Of a stretch of 62,289 bases of DNA, positions 18,293-28,962 are shown piece after piece. The first letter of the stretch is position 1. Each line of letters starts with the position of its first letter. A program made the position numbers and the translations under genes. The stretch is from a virus (Duplodnaviria > Caudoviricetes), in IMG/VR virus record IMGVR_UViG_3300006921_003544, positions 1 to 62,289 of that record. The stretch is one strand, 5' to 3'. The notes under the pieces were generated by a model. It saw nothing but the letters and a program-made list of their open reading frames with translations, made no database searches and was not told the DNA's origin.

Positions 18293-21200
18293 ATGGCATT
18301 ATTTTTATCACCAATCCCAGAAACGGTGCTGAATGAATTAGAGAAACGTGCACAGGTATTAGGTAATTCATCGGGAGGAACACGATTAGATTTATCAAGC
18401 GGTATATCCGGAGCAAGTGAGTGGAAGCTTAGTAGAACACCGTGGGTTAGAGCAGCTTCATTCGCAGTTCTTAGGGATAGTATGAATAATTCGTTCAGAA
18501 CTTTTTGGGCGAACAATGGAGGAACTATAGATGAAGCAAGAGAGAAGTGGCCATCTTTTGGAGAAGAACATATATATCCTCATCCACGAAAAAACCACCA
18601 CAGATTAAAAAATGTTTTATATGGAGGAGGATTGAAAGATATGATGAATACATCTTTAGACCCTACTACCTATACAAATATATTAGACGATTATGCAACC
18701 TATAATAGTGGATTCGAAGGAAATTTCGGAAATAAACTTGAAGGGTATAAAACCAACCGAGGAGGACCAGGAAGTGATAAGAATTCACGAGCAGGGGTAC
18801 CGACTCCAGGTATAACTAACATCTCTATTGAGAATGTTGGCCAATTAGGATCATTGAAAAAAATTGATATGTCGGTACAATGTCACGACTTCGCTCAATT
18901 ACAAATGATAGAATCATTATTTATGGCACCTGGCATAACATGTTTATTGGAATGGGGATGGTCAGTAGATTCATCTGGAGGAAATGTTCAACAAAACTTG
19001 GTAGATATAACTGATAATGAAGTTTTATCAAATGTAACAAAACTACATTCAACATTGTTAGATAAATCAAAGTCATTAAATTATTCTTATGAAGGAGCAA
19101 TTGCAACAATAACAAATTATACTTGGTCAGCAAAAGAAAATGGATCTTTCGATTGTAGGATATCAATGAGATCTCGTGGTGAAGCTATGCTGGGAACTCA
19201 GATTAAATCAGCTCATGCTCCTTTATTTCATTCAATAGGAAAAATTTCGACTAGATATAATGCATTAAAATTTAATATAGAACCGAAGGATAGAAAGGAA
19301 ACTCAACATTCTAGAACAGGAATTGCATATGATGCTAATGGAAATATAGCACAACAACATTTAGAATCAAAAATGGGAACTCTCCCAAACCAATATTATC
19401 CATCATTCCATGCCGCAGCATTATCAGTAGGACTAAACGGAAAGATAGCAGGACAGACGGGCGATCTTAGTATTCTAGGTGCTGAAAATGTTTCAATGCC
19501 AGCTTTTCCAAGATGGTATTATAAATATAAAATGCAACAAGCTGCAGCCGAACGAAATCGAATAGCGGATGCTGCCAAAAATTCAGTTACAAATGGAAAT
19601 AAAAATGCAGATGTTCAAAAGAAATTAGCAAAACAGATTGCACAAGAAACGATAGCAAATTATGTTGGAGATATCATAGCCCCAGCAGTTGCAAAAAATA
19701 GTGCAGGAAGTGGAGTAATGGCAAAAAGTACAGCAACTGTTGGAGCAACATCGGGAGATGCTGAGAGTGGTATCAATAACCAACATAAGTATGGTGGTGA
19801 CCTAAAGACAAATTATGGATTATCTAAAAAACCAGCTTCTGTTGGTGAGACGTATTATGGTCAAATGATTGCTCCATCAACTTGGGGTTCTCATTATAAG
19901 AGAACATCCGGCCCCAGTGTTGGAGGTTATGGTACGTGGTTCTATTTTATAGGATCGACGAAGGCACCTTGGACAGACTCCAAACGATCTAGATCGTTAT
20001 TAGGACAATCATATAGTGATGTGGATGTACAAGGTTTAGGGAAAGGAACTTATAATGACGTATTTTATGGAGGAACAGGAGCTCCATCAGTTCAAGCAAT
20101 GTACCGAGAAGAGATTACAATTGGAGGTAAAAAATATAGATTATTAACTGGAGCATATCTTCCGTGGGGAACTGGTGGTCCTTGGGCCAGCAACTGGTCA
20201 GATACAATTAACTCTCCATTAAGAACATATGATGACAATCCTTCAAAAGGAGGTAATCTTATTAAAGGCTTCTATGATTACTACAGATACGTCCATACCA
20301 ACTACGGTAGTGAAAATCAACCATCTTCTGAAGTGTATGCAGGAAAGATGGATAAGACTCTTTCCGGTGCAAAAAAAGCATCTTTCGTTTCTCATCCAAT
20401 GCTCCATGTTGTTTCAAAAGTGTTTCCGGGATTCTATTCGGGTGGTAAGGGAAGTGGACAGATCAAAACCTATACAGGTAAACACATCGGTAGTTCTGGT
20501 AATGCATTACCAAGTGCAGCTGGCCCGTTAAGCACTTTAGGGCAAGCACTTAAAAGTGCATGCAAACATGCAGGAGATGCAGCAACGTTAGGATTCGAAG
20601 CAGGTTTTGATAAGGATATAGAAAATTATATAACTAAACATTTCGGATCGATTCCTGGTAGTTCAACTGTAGCTAATTATATTGGAGGTGTTAATCCAAT
20701 TACAAAAACTAACTATTACACCAATGATACAGAGATATCACCAGCCCAATCAGCTTGGCAAGAAATGGATGTGATGGTAGGAGCTGGAGGAGCTAAGAAT
20801 AATGGATACGGACTACCAAATTATTTAACGGGTGGTAATGTAGGTAGATATCTAGGAGCAATACATGTACAGTATCCATCGATAGGTATTCATGGGAGAT
20901 TAAGATCTGGTATAGATATGCATTCAATGGCAGGTGGTGCTTGGAGAAGAGCTCAAGACAAAAATTCATTCGGGTTGTATCATGCAGGATCAACAGCCCC
21001 TGCAGGATATTCAGCTGTAGGTCAAGATTATGGTACCAAAGCAGGTTGGCTTTCCGGATCAGGACGTGAAACAATAAGAATTAGAACTCTACCTTCAGGA
21101 ATAAATTCACCTTTCATAGATTATCCTATGCCTTTATTTGGCCATTATTCTAGATTAAATTCAGATGGAACTTTCAGGCTCGTAGGTGATATTGCTGATG

Positions 21201-23065
21201 CAAAGAAAAAATTTATGAATGAAGTCCGTGAAAAGAAGAAGAATGCAGCCTTAGCTAAAAAATTAGCATTCGCAGATGCGTACTCACAATATGAGGAATA
21301 TAGAAAAATTACTGATGGGGAAATATTCATACCATTCAGTGTGTTAGAACAAATTGTCAATGATAATATAGCTATAGAGTCTAAATCAGGACATAAACTA
21401 GTGAAATTTGATAGTGGGGATCATAGATTAGCAGGTGAACCGAGAGAGACTCCAGAAGATTGTACTGACTTGGGGAGAAAGATAAGTGTAGAAAACTTCC
21501 AAAAGAAGATCCTCGATTATAATGATGGAGGCTATAATGTAGATATAAATGATATGACTGCTAACAATGTACCGGTAGGTTCAGTTGGGATACAACCGAT
21601 AAATTTAGAATCAAGATTGTCAGATTATCAAGGTGAAGAAAAGAAAACATTAGAGGATGGATCAGAACCAGCAGCTATTGATACATCGGTATATGGATAT
21701 AATTATGGATTTTCAGATGCATCTAATAATCTTTCTACTTACTTCTATGGAATTGGAAGTGGAGTACCTACTGAAATGTATCAAACAGTAAGTTTGCCGA
21801 GTAAAATATGTAATCATAAGTACTTAGCATCAACTGATCCGAGAGTGTGTATATTACCAGGTCAGACGGGAATAGTAACTTCTCCAGGAGACACAGCATT
21901 TAAGCCAGAACTATATGGAGATGATGCAGCAAATACCATGCTCGCAGATTTATCGGGATATAAAAGATTCACAGACGATCCAGATAGGAAATATGGATAC
22001 TTATCTCACATACTGATAAATACTGAATTTATATATGATTGTTTTGATCAAGCAACTACGATCAAAGACGCAATGCAAAAAGTATTGGATGGTATATCTG
22101 GAGCATGTGGTAATATATGGAATTTCAAGTTTATGATAGACGGTGGTGTAGATTCAGGAACGACTCGAATAGTGGATGCTAATTATTCAAATTTAATGTG
22201 TGATTTAGTAGCTGAATTCCCTGTAATGAGAACTGATAGTATGGTAAGAGGTTATTCATTGGAAAGTAAGATACCTAATGCCATGGCAGTACAAGCATTA
22301 TATGGAAATAATACTATGAATGATGATGGATCCGTTCCAAACAGTCTTTATGAGCTAGGAAATATGTTTGTCGATATTGCACATGAAAACGTCTCGGTAC
22401 CCATAGTATCATCTGAAACGGAAGAAAGTGATGATATATTTGTAGTCCCAAAATCACCCGAAAAACGTGTACAATCATTAGGACATACCTTATCATTCCA
22501 TATACATGAAAATTTATCAGAAGAACATATCAACAATGCAGATAGAATTTTGAAAACGATATTAAATGATAGAAATAATGCAAATGCAGGAGACAACGCA
22601 TTATTAGATCATAATATAATTCCATTGAAGATGTCGTTCGAGATAGATGGGTTGAGCGGCATTCACTTCGGACATGCAGTTACAGCAACTCATCTTCCAC
22701 AACGATATAAAGACACTATATGTTTTCAAGTTACAAACGTAAAGCATGACGTCTCGACATCTGGTTGGAAAACTACAATAGAAGCTATAATGCGTAGACG
22801 ACCTACTGATATGGGAGTTTATACTATAGGACAAGGAGGAGGAGCCTTCAATAAACAAGAAGGAATAAACTTTAAGAAACTAAGTAAGGATCAATTACAA
22901 TTTACTAGAAGTCCTATATCGTGGTATCATGAAGAATCAGCTGCCCAGAAAGAAATAGATGCAAATATAGGAGGAATGTCAATAAATATAAACGGTAATG
23001 TATCTTATAATGATGTTGACGAAACTAATGAAGCTAAAACTAACAAACCTGAAGGTGGAGTATAA
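18293..23065 (+). CDS. Large baseplate hub-like structural protein with a central insertion
   Basis: 1590 aa after the LysM gene; N-block PGITCLLEWGW..ITNYTW..GSFDC; C-block FEIDGLSGIHFG..FQVTNVKHDV..GWKTTIEA. Confidence 0.55.
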   Translation: MALFLSPIPETVLNELEKRAQVLGNSSGGTRLDLSSGISGASEWKLSRTPWVRAASFAVLRDSMNNSFRTFWANNGGTIDEAREKWPSFGEEHIYPHPRKNHHRLKNVLYGGGLKDMMNTSLDPTTYTNILDDYATYNSGFEGNFGNKLEGYKTNRGGPGSDKNSRAGVPTPGITNISIENVGQLGSLKKIDMSVQCHDFAQLQMIESLFMAPGITCLLEWGWSVDSSGGNVQQNLVDITDNEVLSNVTKLHSTLLDKSKSLNYSYEGAIATITNYTWSAKENGSFDCRISMRSRGEAMLGTQIKSAHAPLFHSIGKISTRYNALKFNIEPKDRKETQHSRTGIAYDANGNIAQQHLESKMGTLPNQYYPSFHAAALSVGLNGKIAGQTGDLSILGAENVSMPAFPRWYYKYKMQQAAAERNRIADAAKNSVTNGNKNADVQKKLAKQIAQETIANYVGDIIAPAVAKNSAGSGVMAKSTATVGATSGDAESGINNQHKYGGDLKTNYGLSKKPASVGETYYGQMIAPSTWGSHYKRTSGPSVGGYGTWFYFIGSTKAPWTDSKRSRSLLGQSYSDVDVQGLGKGTYNDVFYGGTGAPSVQAMYREEITIGGKKYRLLTGAYLPWGTGGPWASNWSDTINSPLRTYDDNPSKGGNLIKGFYDYYRYVHTNYGSENQPSSEVYAGKMDKTLSGAKKASFVSHPMLHVVSKVFPGFYSGGKGSGQIKTYTGKHIGSSGNALPSAAGPLSTLGQALKSACKHAGDAATLGFEAGFDKDIENYITKHFGSIPGSSTVANYIGGVNPITKTNYYTNDTEISPAQSAWQEMDVMVGAGGAKNNGYGLPNYLTGGNVGRYLGAIHVQYPSIGIHGRLRSGIDMHSMAGGAWRRAQDKNSFGLYHAGSTAPAGYSAVGQDYGTKAGWLSGSGRETIRIRTLPSGINSPFIDYPMPLFGHYSRLNSDGTFRLVGDIADAKKKFMNEVREKKKNAALAKKLAFADAYSQYEEYRKITDGEIFIPFSVLEQIVNDNIAIESKSGHKLVKFDSGDHRLAGEPRETPEDCTDLGRKISVENFQKKILDYNDGGYNVDINDMTANNVPVGSVGIQPINLESRLSDYQGEEKKTLEDGSEPAAIDTSVYGYNYGFSDASNNLSTYFYGIGSGVPTEMYQTVSLPSKICNHKYLASTDPRVCILPGQTGIVTSPGDTAFKPELYGDDAANTMLADLSGYKRFTDDPDRKYGYLSHILINTEFIYDCFDQATTIKDAMQKVLDGISGACGNIWNFKFMIDGGVDSGTTRIVDANYSNLMCDLVAEFPVMRTDSMVRGYSLESKIPNAMAVQALYGNNTMNDDGSVPNSLYELGNMFVDIAHENVSVPIVSSETEESDDIFVVPKSPEKRVQSLGHTLSFHIHENLSEEHINNADRILKTILNDRNNANAGDNALLDHNIIPLKMSFEIDGLSGIHFGHAVTATHLPQRYKDTICFQVTNVKHDVSTSGWKTTIEAIMRRRPTDMGVYTIGQGGGAFNKQEGINFKKLSKDQLQFTRSPISWYHEESAAQKEIDANIGGMSININGNVSYNDVDETNEAKTNKPEGGV

Positions 23066-23071
23066 TACAAC

Positions 23072-23743
23072 ATGAGCAACTACGAATATAATAAAATAAT
23101 AGACAATTCAGCTGAAATGACGGATCACAGAAAGTTTAATTCTCCAATACATAATCCGATGATACCTACTAGAGCTGAATATAAAATGGGGCATTTCCTT
23201 AGATATTTTGTTATATCAGAAATAGATAATCGTGTAGTGGAAATTGATGACAAACAACATCAAAATGTAGCTAATCCGAAAAAAGGTATAAGTCCACATT
23301 TATGGAAGGCTGTATCAATCGATTGGAAATTGAAAGGACCTAGATTCGATAAAGTAAAAGATGGTGTAATACAGTCAAAAGGTGTATTCACGGTCAATAA
23401 AAAAAGAGTGGATAAATTACTCAAACATAATCCAAAATTATCAGCTGCGGTAAACGACTATACATTATTTGCAAATCTCGAGCTCGAAATGCAAGAAAAT
23501 TTAGAATCAACTCCGGGACTTTTAGTATACAAGAATGATATCAATACAGAATATTCAGGGTTGTATCACATACATCCAACTCATGGACCTATGGAAGGGC
23601 CTTATCACACAGATGTGGATCATGCAAGGTTAGAGTATAAATCGAACATTGACCCAGATGATATATTGAAGGATAATGTAGGTGTATCAGAATCTCCAAC
23701 ACTAAGTCCAGATGATTCGGGAGGAGATAGAGGAGGGTATTAG
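23072..23743 (+). CDS. Hypothetical protein, probably virion-associated
   Basis: 223-aa ORF closing the structural block; GGAG RBS. Confidence 0.6.
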   Translation: MSNYEYNKIIDNSAEMTDHRKFNSPIHNPMIPTRAEYKMGHFLRYFVISEIDNRVVEIDDKQHQNVANPKKGISPHLWKAVSIDWKLKGPRFDKVKDGVIQSKGVFTVNKKRVDKLLKHNPKLSAAVNDYTLFANLELEMQENLESTPGLLVYKNDINTEYSGLYHIHPTHGPMEGPYHTDVDHARLEYKSNIDPDDILKDNVGVSESPTLSPDDSGGDRGGY

Positions 23744-23772
23744 TTGCATATTCGAAAATAATTTCGTATATT
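23743..23772 (+). promoter_or_regulatory. Early/middle promoter GTTGCA-N13-TTTCGTATATT (TTGCAN-N17-TATATT)
   Basis: One of six copies with identical spacing; precedes the polA-like gene. Confidence 0.75.
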
Positions 23773-23788
23773 AGATAAAATTTAGGTT

Positions 23789-25084
23789 ATGAATATAATA
23801 GAATCACAAGAATCTTTGATAGATGCATTGGATGGATTGGATAATTCCATCATAATCCCTATATATTGTAACGATATACAACACCCGATGAACAACAATA
23901 TCAGCTTATTGATATTCATATCTGAAGACATACAAATAATACCAATCAACCACCCAGAGGCAGTATGGTTAGCAGATTTAACTATAATAGATAAACATCT
24001 AGCAGATAAAACTTTATTTACAATAGATAAGAAAAGTGTAATGTATTTTCTCAATTGTAATCTAATAGATATTAACATGATCGAATGGATCGAGTGTGGT
24101 AAGACGGTAGATTTAGAACAACACAACACAACATCTCATGATTTCATATCATCTAGGTTCTGGAATAGATCAGATACCAATCAAATAATTCCAATATCTA
24201 AACATCTTGAGAAAGTACAATCGATAAAAAACGAATTGACACGAATAACCAATATATATCTTAAAAAGAACGAATACTTCAATGCATATAATGATATAAC
24301 AATTCCAATATTACATGAAATCGAGAAGCAAGGATTATATACCGAAGCTGGATACGAATATACGCAATATAATCCATATACGACTACTGGAAGACCATCT
24401 AATCGATTCCAAAACATAAATTATGCAGCTCTCAATAAAGAGGATGGATCTAGAGAGCGATTTGTAAGTAGATTTTCAAATGGTAAGCTTATAGAGATGG
24501 ATTTTGATGCTTATCATATAAGACTAATAGCAGATGTGTTGGATCATGAATTACCAACCGGATCAGTTCATGAATATCTTGGCAAGCAATATTTTGGAAA
24601 AGATACTCTTACCAAAGATGAATATAATGAATCTAAAGAAATAAGTTTTCGTATATTATATGGTGGAGTCCCAAAAGAATTCTTGCAAATTGAATTCTTC
24701 GCAAAAGTAGATAAGCTGATTAAAAAGTTATGGCATGAATTTAACACGGAAAACTCAATTCCCACATATTTATTTAAGAGGCCGATGTATAAGAATGTGT
24801 TAACTAGTATGACACCACAGAAATTATTCAATTATTACATCCAATCACTTGAAACCGAGAATAACATCTCGATTTTATCGGAAATTTACAAGGTTATGCA
24901 GAAATATCGCTCAAAACTCGTGCTATATACGTATGATTCCTTCTTATTTGACTTTGATTTGTCCGACGAACAGATATTTATAAACGATGTAATAGACTCC
25001 ATCAAGTTTCCAGTTAAAGTGAAACATGGCTATAATTACAATAACATGACGGACATTAAATATGAACTTGAAACAACTCATTGA
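23789..25084 (+). CDS. Short divergent family A DNA polymerase-like protein
   Basis: TTTGRPS; motif A DFDAYHIR; motif B KEISFRILYG; NYYIQS; motif C YTYDS; only 431 aa. Confidence 0.8.
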   Translation: MNIIESQESLIDALDGLDNSIIIPIYCNDIQHPMNNNISLLIFISEDIQIIPINHPEAVWLADLTIIDKHLADKTLFTIDKKSVMYFLNCNLIDINMIEWIECGKTVDLEQHNTTSHDFISSRFWNRSDTNQIIPISKHLEKVQSIKNELTRITNIYLKKNEYFNAYNDITIPILHEIEKQGLYTEAGYEYTQYNPYTTTGRPSNRFQNINYAALNKEDGSRERFVSRFSNGKLIEMDFDAYHIRLIADVLDHELPTGSVHEYLGKQYFGKDTLTKDEYNESKEISFRILYGGVPKEFLQIEFFAKVDKLIKKLWHEFNTENSIPTYLFKRPMYKNVLTSMTPQKLFNYYIQSLETENNISILSEIYKVMQKYRSKLVLYTYDSFLFDFDLSDEQIFINDVIDSIKFPVKVKHGYNYNNMTDIKYELETTH

Positions 25085-27260
25085 TGAAGTAATTGAAGAT
25101 TGGTTTTATCTACATCCACACGGATTTGCAGATGAACCGTATAACATACAAGATTTAAGAGTATTGCGCGAAACACTTCAATCTAAAAAGTATCCAACTC
25201 AAGTAATAGAAGAAACGATTGAATTTCTAACTGAAAAAGCAAAACATTTAGTTAAGAATAAAGAATCTGGACGAGTGTATGCAGTACAAAATATAAATCC
25301 AGATATCCACGATGTTCTCAAAAAGAATGCATCACCAGAAGATATAGAAGCAGCCAGCAAAGGATCTAAATCCACCAGCAAACAAAATGACGATACCCCC
25401 GAAAAAGACGCTCCAAAAGATGTTGAAGTAAAAAGATCATCAACTGGAGTTCATGGTAACTTAGAAGATGGAGATAATCAAGACAAGCATGATGTATTAG
25501 AACATGGGTATAAAGGCTCAAAAGCATATTACAAGAAAAATAAGATAAAGGATCCATATACTGGAGAAATTAAGAAGCCAGCACCTGGAAGTGCAGGTTC
25601 AGCGTTCAATGAGATAGTATCAGGAGAAGGTATGCATATACTTGATAACAACCCTGATATGTCTGAAGAAGAATTAGCTGATAAGATGTATAATGAATTT
25701 GGTAAAACTGCACTAGGTCAAGAACAAAGTTATTCAGGACAAGTAAAAGACGATATACCAGCTAGATTTTGGGAAGCTAGGAACAAAGCCAAAGGAAGCG
25801 GTACTATTGATAACCCTGAGAATCCAGAAGCATTCAAATTAGCTGAACGGCAAATAGCTACATATTCAAAATGTTTAATCGTAGCCAGAGCAGCAAAAGA
25901 CAAACACTCTATTTCACAAGAAAGAATATCAAATCTACAAGAAAGTGGTAATTTTGGTACTCCAAAAAACACACAAACTTTCTACGGTACAGCCAAATCA
26001 CTTGCAGCCCAGAAAAAAGCAGTAGCAAATGCTAAAAAAGTAATAATGCCTGATGGAACTACCCTACGAAAAGAAGATGTAGAATTGTTGATCCAAGAAT
26101 CAGGTAAAACGCTTAATCCATCAGATACAGCAACCTTTGTCATGGATGAAAATGGAACTCTACTGATTCAATTTCACTCAGACAAGACTGATCCATCGGA
26201 TCCACAAGGTAGTAAAACATTAAGTAATGATATGGCTGATTTAGAGAAAAGAATTGACGCAAATACAACATTATCTCCAGAAAAGAAAGCTGCTGCTCAG
26301 AAGGTGGTAGAAAATCACAACAGTCAAATGATTGCAATTGAAACGACATACAATGACCAAACTGCTGCAATAGCTGGATCTCTTGAAAATTATGATTTAG
26401 ATGAACAAGTAGAAGTCCTTGAAGCGGAAATGAAAAAAAATAAAAAGAACTATTTAGATCAAGCACTTTTAGATAGCAAGGGTCAGTTAAAACCAAAATA
26501 CCAAGCTCATATACCAGAAGGTGCAGATCCTCAAAATATGTCTAATAAAGAGAAGATACAAGCAATACGATCATTCATAAAAACACCAACTCCAGATGAT
26601 GCAAAATTTGCGGATGGAAAAAAAGCAGACGATCTAAAGGTGATATCAAAAATAGCTGAAAAACTATCTAAAAAAATGGGGAAGGATGCACCAGATGATA
26701 TCAACATAAAAAAAGTATTAGCTAAACGACGAAATCAAGTAGTTGATATACATAGAGATCGTAAGAATAAATTAAATCAAGTAGATTCAGGACCACCACC
26801 ATTAGGAGATCTGGAAGAAGCTCAAGAAGTAACAGAAGGATTCCATTTGGATATATTAGATGATAATAAATATGATGCAAATGAACCAGATCAAAAGAAG
26901 CGTTTGAAAGCTATAATGTCAAATGCATTTGATATTCATATGGGTGGTACGGTAGCTAATAGAGATACACTGAGAGCAGCACTGGGAGTAAACAGTTTAC
27001 AAGAATTCAAAGATAAATTCAGAGTAAAAGAAGAAGAAAAACTCACATATGGTCCAGGAGGAGAAAAAGGTGGAATTGTAACTGGTAAAGTTGTATTTAC
27101 ATATGTTATCGCAGAAGAAGGTGGAGAACCGATTGAACTAGGTCGAAAGACTTACAGATCGTCTGACGGACCTACTGGAACTACAAGAACTATTATACAA
27201 TATGCTCAAGCGATGCAGGCAAGAATAAAAGCTGCGCAATCAGTTAGGAGTGACAAATAA
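25062..27260 (+). CDS. Large hypothetical protein, Lys/Asp/Glu-rich
   Basis: 732-aa ORF with no recognised catalytic motif. Confidence 0.6.
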   Translation: MNLKQLIDEVIEDWFYLHPHGFADEPYNIQDLRVLRETLQSKKYPTQVIEETIEFLTEKAKHLVKNKESGRVYAVQNINPDIHDVLKKNASPEDIEAASKGSKSTSKQNDDTPEKDAPKDVEVKRSSTGVHGNLEDGDNQDKHDVLEHGYKGSKAYYKKNKIKDPYTGEIKKPAPGSAGSAFNEIVSGEGMHILDNNPDMSEEELADKMYNEFGKTALGQEQSYSGQVKDDIPARFWEARNKAKGSGTIDNPENPEAFKLAERQIATYSKCLIVARAAKDKHSISQERISNLQESGNFGTPKNTQTFYGTAKSLAAQKKAVANAKKVIMPDGTTLRKEDVELLIQESGKTLNPSDTATFVMDENGTLLIQFHSDKTDPSDPQGSKTLSNDMADLEKRIDANTTLSPEKKAAAQKVVENHNSQMIAIETTYNDQTAAIAGSLENYDLDEQVEVLEAEMKKNKKNYLDQALLDSKGQLKPKYQAHIPEGADPQNMSNKEKIQAIRSFIKTPTPDDAKFADGKKADDLKVISKIAEKLSKKMGKDAPDDINIKKVLAKRRNQVVDIHRDRKNKLNQVDSGPPPLGDLEEAQEVTEGFHLDILDDNKYDANEPDQKKRLKAIMSNAFDIHMGGTVANRDTLRAALGVNSLQEFKDKFRVKEEEKLTYGPGGEKGGIVTGKVVFTYVIAEEGGEPIELGRKTYRSSDGPTGTTRTIIQYAQAMQARIKAAQSVRSDK

Positions 27261-27661
27261 TGAGAACACAGCTACTATGTACATTCGCACAAAAACCACA
27301 CTTAGCAGATACAGTAGATATCATTATCCAAACATACACGGTTTTATATAATAAGATCTTTGTATTAAGAGAAGCTGGAAGTGCTAATGATCTAATGTGC
27401 ACATACAACATAGATGCATCTCGCGATTTTACTATAATGGAAAATACCATATCACTACACCGTAAGAAAAACACAAACACGTTATATACTATAAACGCAT
27501 TAAACAATCTGATTAAGTTGTTAAATAATGGAGTTCTTGACGTAACATATCAAGTAGATTGGGATAATTATAAGAATACAATGCTCGTTACAAATGATGA
27601 TGGACTTCGAAGAATTAACACTGAAATCGAAGACGTAATTTATATCAAGAAAAACAACTAA
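27260..27661 (+). CDS. Hypothetical protein
   Basis: 133-aa ORF coupled by TAATG, with an AGGAG RBS. Confidence 0.65.
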   Translation: MRTQLLCTFAQKPHLADTVDIIIQTYTVLYNKIFVLREAGSANDLMCTYNIDASRDFTIMENTISLHRKKNTNTLYTINALNNLIKLLNNGVLDVTYQVDWDNYKNTMLVTNDDGLRRINTEIEDVIYIKKNN

Positions 27662-27664
27662 TCT

Positions 27665-27694
27665 GTTGCAAACTTCAATTTAATTTCGTATATT
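27665..27694 (+). promoter_or_regulatory. Early/middle promoter GTTGCA-N13-TTTCGTATATT
   Basis: Repeat copy upstream of the membrane-protein gene. Confidence 0.75.
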
Positions 27695-27718
27695 TAGTCT
27701 AAATAAAAGGCAAAGACT

Positions 27719-28063
27719 ATGGCAAATTTTATATATGGAATATTATTATTCTTTATTGGTCAGATATTGATCTGGTATCAAACAAATGCACAATTCATCA
27801 ATAAATGGGCAAAAGATCATCCATTCTTAATGGCATGTATATTCTCAATACCAATATCATACGCATTCATCGTTGCAACTAAATATGTTGTAATGTATTT
27901 CGATGGGTCATTATGGCCAGGTAGATTTATAGGATTTGCAACTGGAATTTCGTCATTTGCAATATTAACGAGCATTCATATGAATGAGGGAATAAATTCA
28001 AAAACGATGGTTTCGTTAGTACTTGCATGTGCTTTAGTGGCAATTCAAATTTTATGGAAATAA
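27719..28063 (+). CDS. Small multi-pass membrane protein (about 4 TM, SMR/DMT-like size)
   Basis: Four hydrophobic segments in 114 aa. Confidence 0.6.
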   Translation: MANFIYGILLFFIGQILIWYQTNAQFINKWAKDHPFLMACIFSIPISYAFIVATKYVVMYFDGSLWPGRFIGFATGISSFAILTSIHMNEGINSKTMVSLVLACALVAIQILWK

Positions 28064-28064
28064 A

Positions 28065-28094
28065 GTTGCAAACACAGATTTTATTTCGTATATT
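28065..28094 (+). promoter_or_regulatory. Early/middle promoter GTTGCA-N13-TTTCGTATATT
   Basis: Repeat copy upstream of the ssDNA-binding protein gene. Confidence 0.75.
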
Positions 28095-28181
28095 TAATGT
28101 AAATCATTCTAGAAGCCTATTTATATAGGTAACTAATGACTAAATAATTTTATTAACTAATTAACAAACGGAGATTAAAAA

Positions 28182-28952
28182 ATGGCAATTGACTTAGACG
28201 CTATTCGCAAGAAATTAAATAACTTGCAATCACAGACTACAAGAACTTCAAACTTGTGGAAGCCTGAACCAGGCAAACAACAAATCAGAATCGTACCTTA
28301 TCAACACAACAAGGATAATCCTTTCATTGAATTGTACTTTCACTACAACTTAGGACAAAAGAACTACTTGTCACCAGTAACATTTGGTAAAGCAGATCCA
28401 GTAACGGAATTTGCAGAGCAATTAAAAGCTACCGGTAATAAAGATGATTGGCAAATGGCTAGAAAGCTTGATCCAACTTTAAGAACTTATGTCCCTGTCT
28501 TAGTAAGAGGACAAGAATCAGAAGGTGTTAAGTTTTGGGGATTTGGTAAGACTGTTTATCAAGAGCTACTAAGTTTTATCGCTGATCCAGATTATGGTGA
28601 CATCACAGATTTACAAGCAGGAAGAGACATTACAGTTGAATTCTTAACAAAAGAAGAAACTGGAAAAAATTTCCCACAAACTACAATCCGTGTGAAACCT
28701 AATCAAACCGCTGCAACAGACAATAAAGATGTTGCAAATATGATAATGGATGGTCAAAAGAATATTACTGATATTTTCAAAGAAGTATCATACGATGATC
28801 TTAAACAAGCATTAGCAGAATGGTTAGAACCAGGATCAGGTGATGAGACTCCAGTAGGACAATCGGCACCAGCTTCAACGCAAACATCAACACAATCGTC
28901 GACTAAGAAAGTAGATGATGTTAACGATGCATTTGATGAATTATTTAAGTAA
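28182..28952 (+). CDS. Single-stranded DNA-binding protein (T4 gp32-like)
   Basis: LWKP...IRIVP, GVKFWGFGKTVY, GRDITV, acidic tail DDVNDAFDELF; adjacent to UvsX. Confidence 0.85.
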   Translation: MAIDLDAIRKKLNNLQSQTTRTSNLWKPEPGKQQIRIVPYQHNKDNPFIELYFHYNLGQKNYLSPVTFGKADPVTEFAEQLKATGNKDDWQMARKLDPTLRTYVPVLVRGQESEGVKFWGFGKTVYQELLSFIADPDYGDITDLQAGRDITVEFLTKEETGKNFPQTTIRVKPNQTAATDNKDVANMIMDGQKNITDIFKEVSYDDLKQALAEWLEPGSGDETPVGQSAPASTQTSTQSSTKKVDDVNDAFDELFK

Positions 28953-28962
28953 GAGGTAAGTT

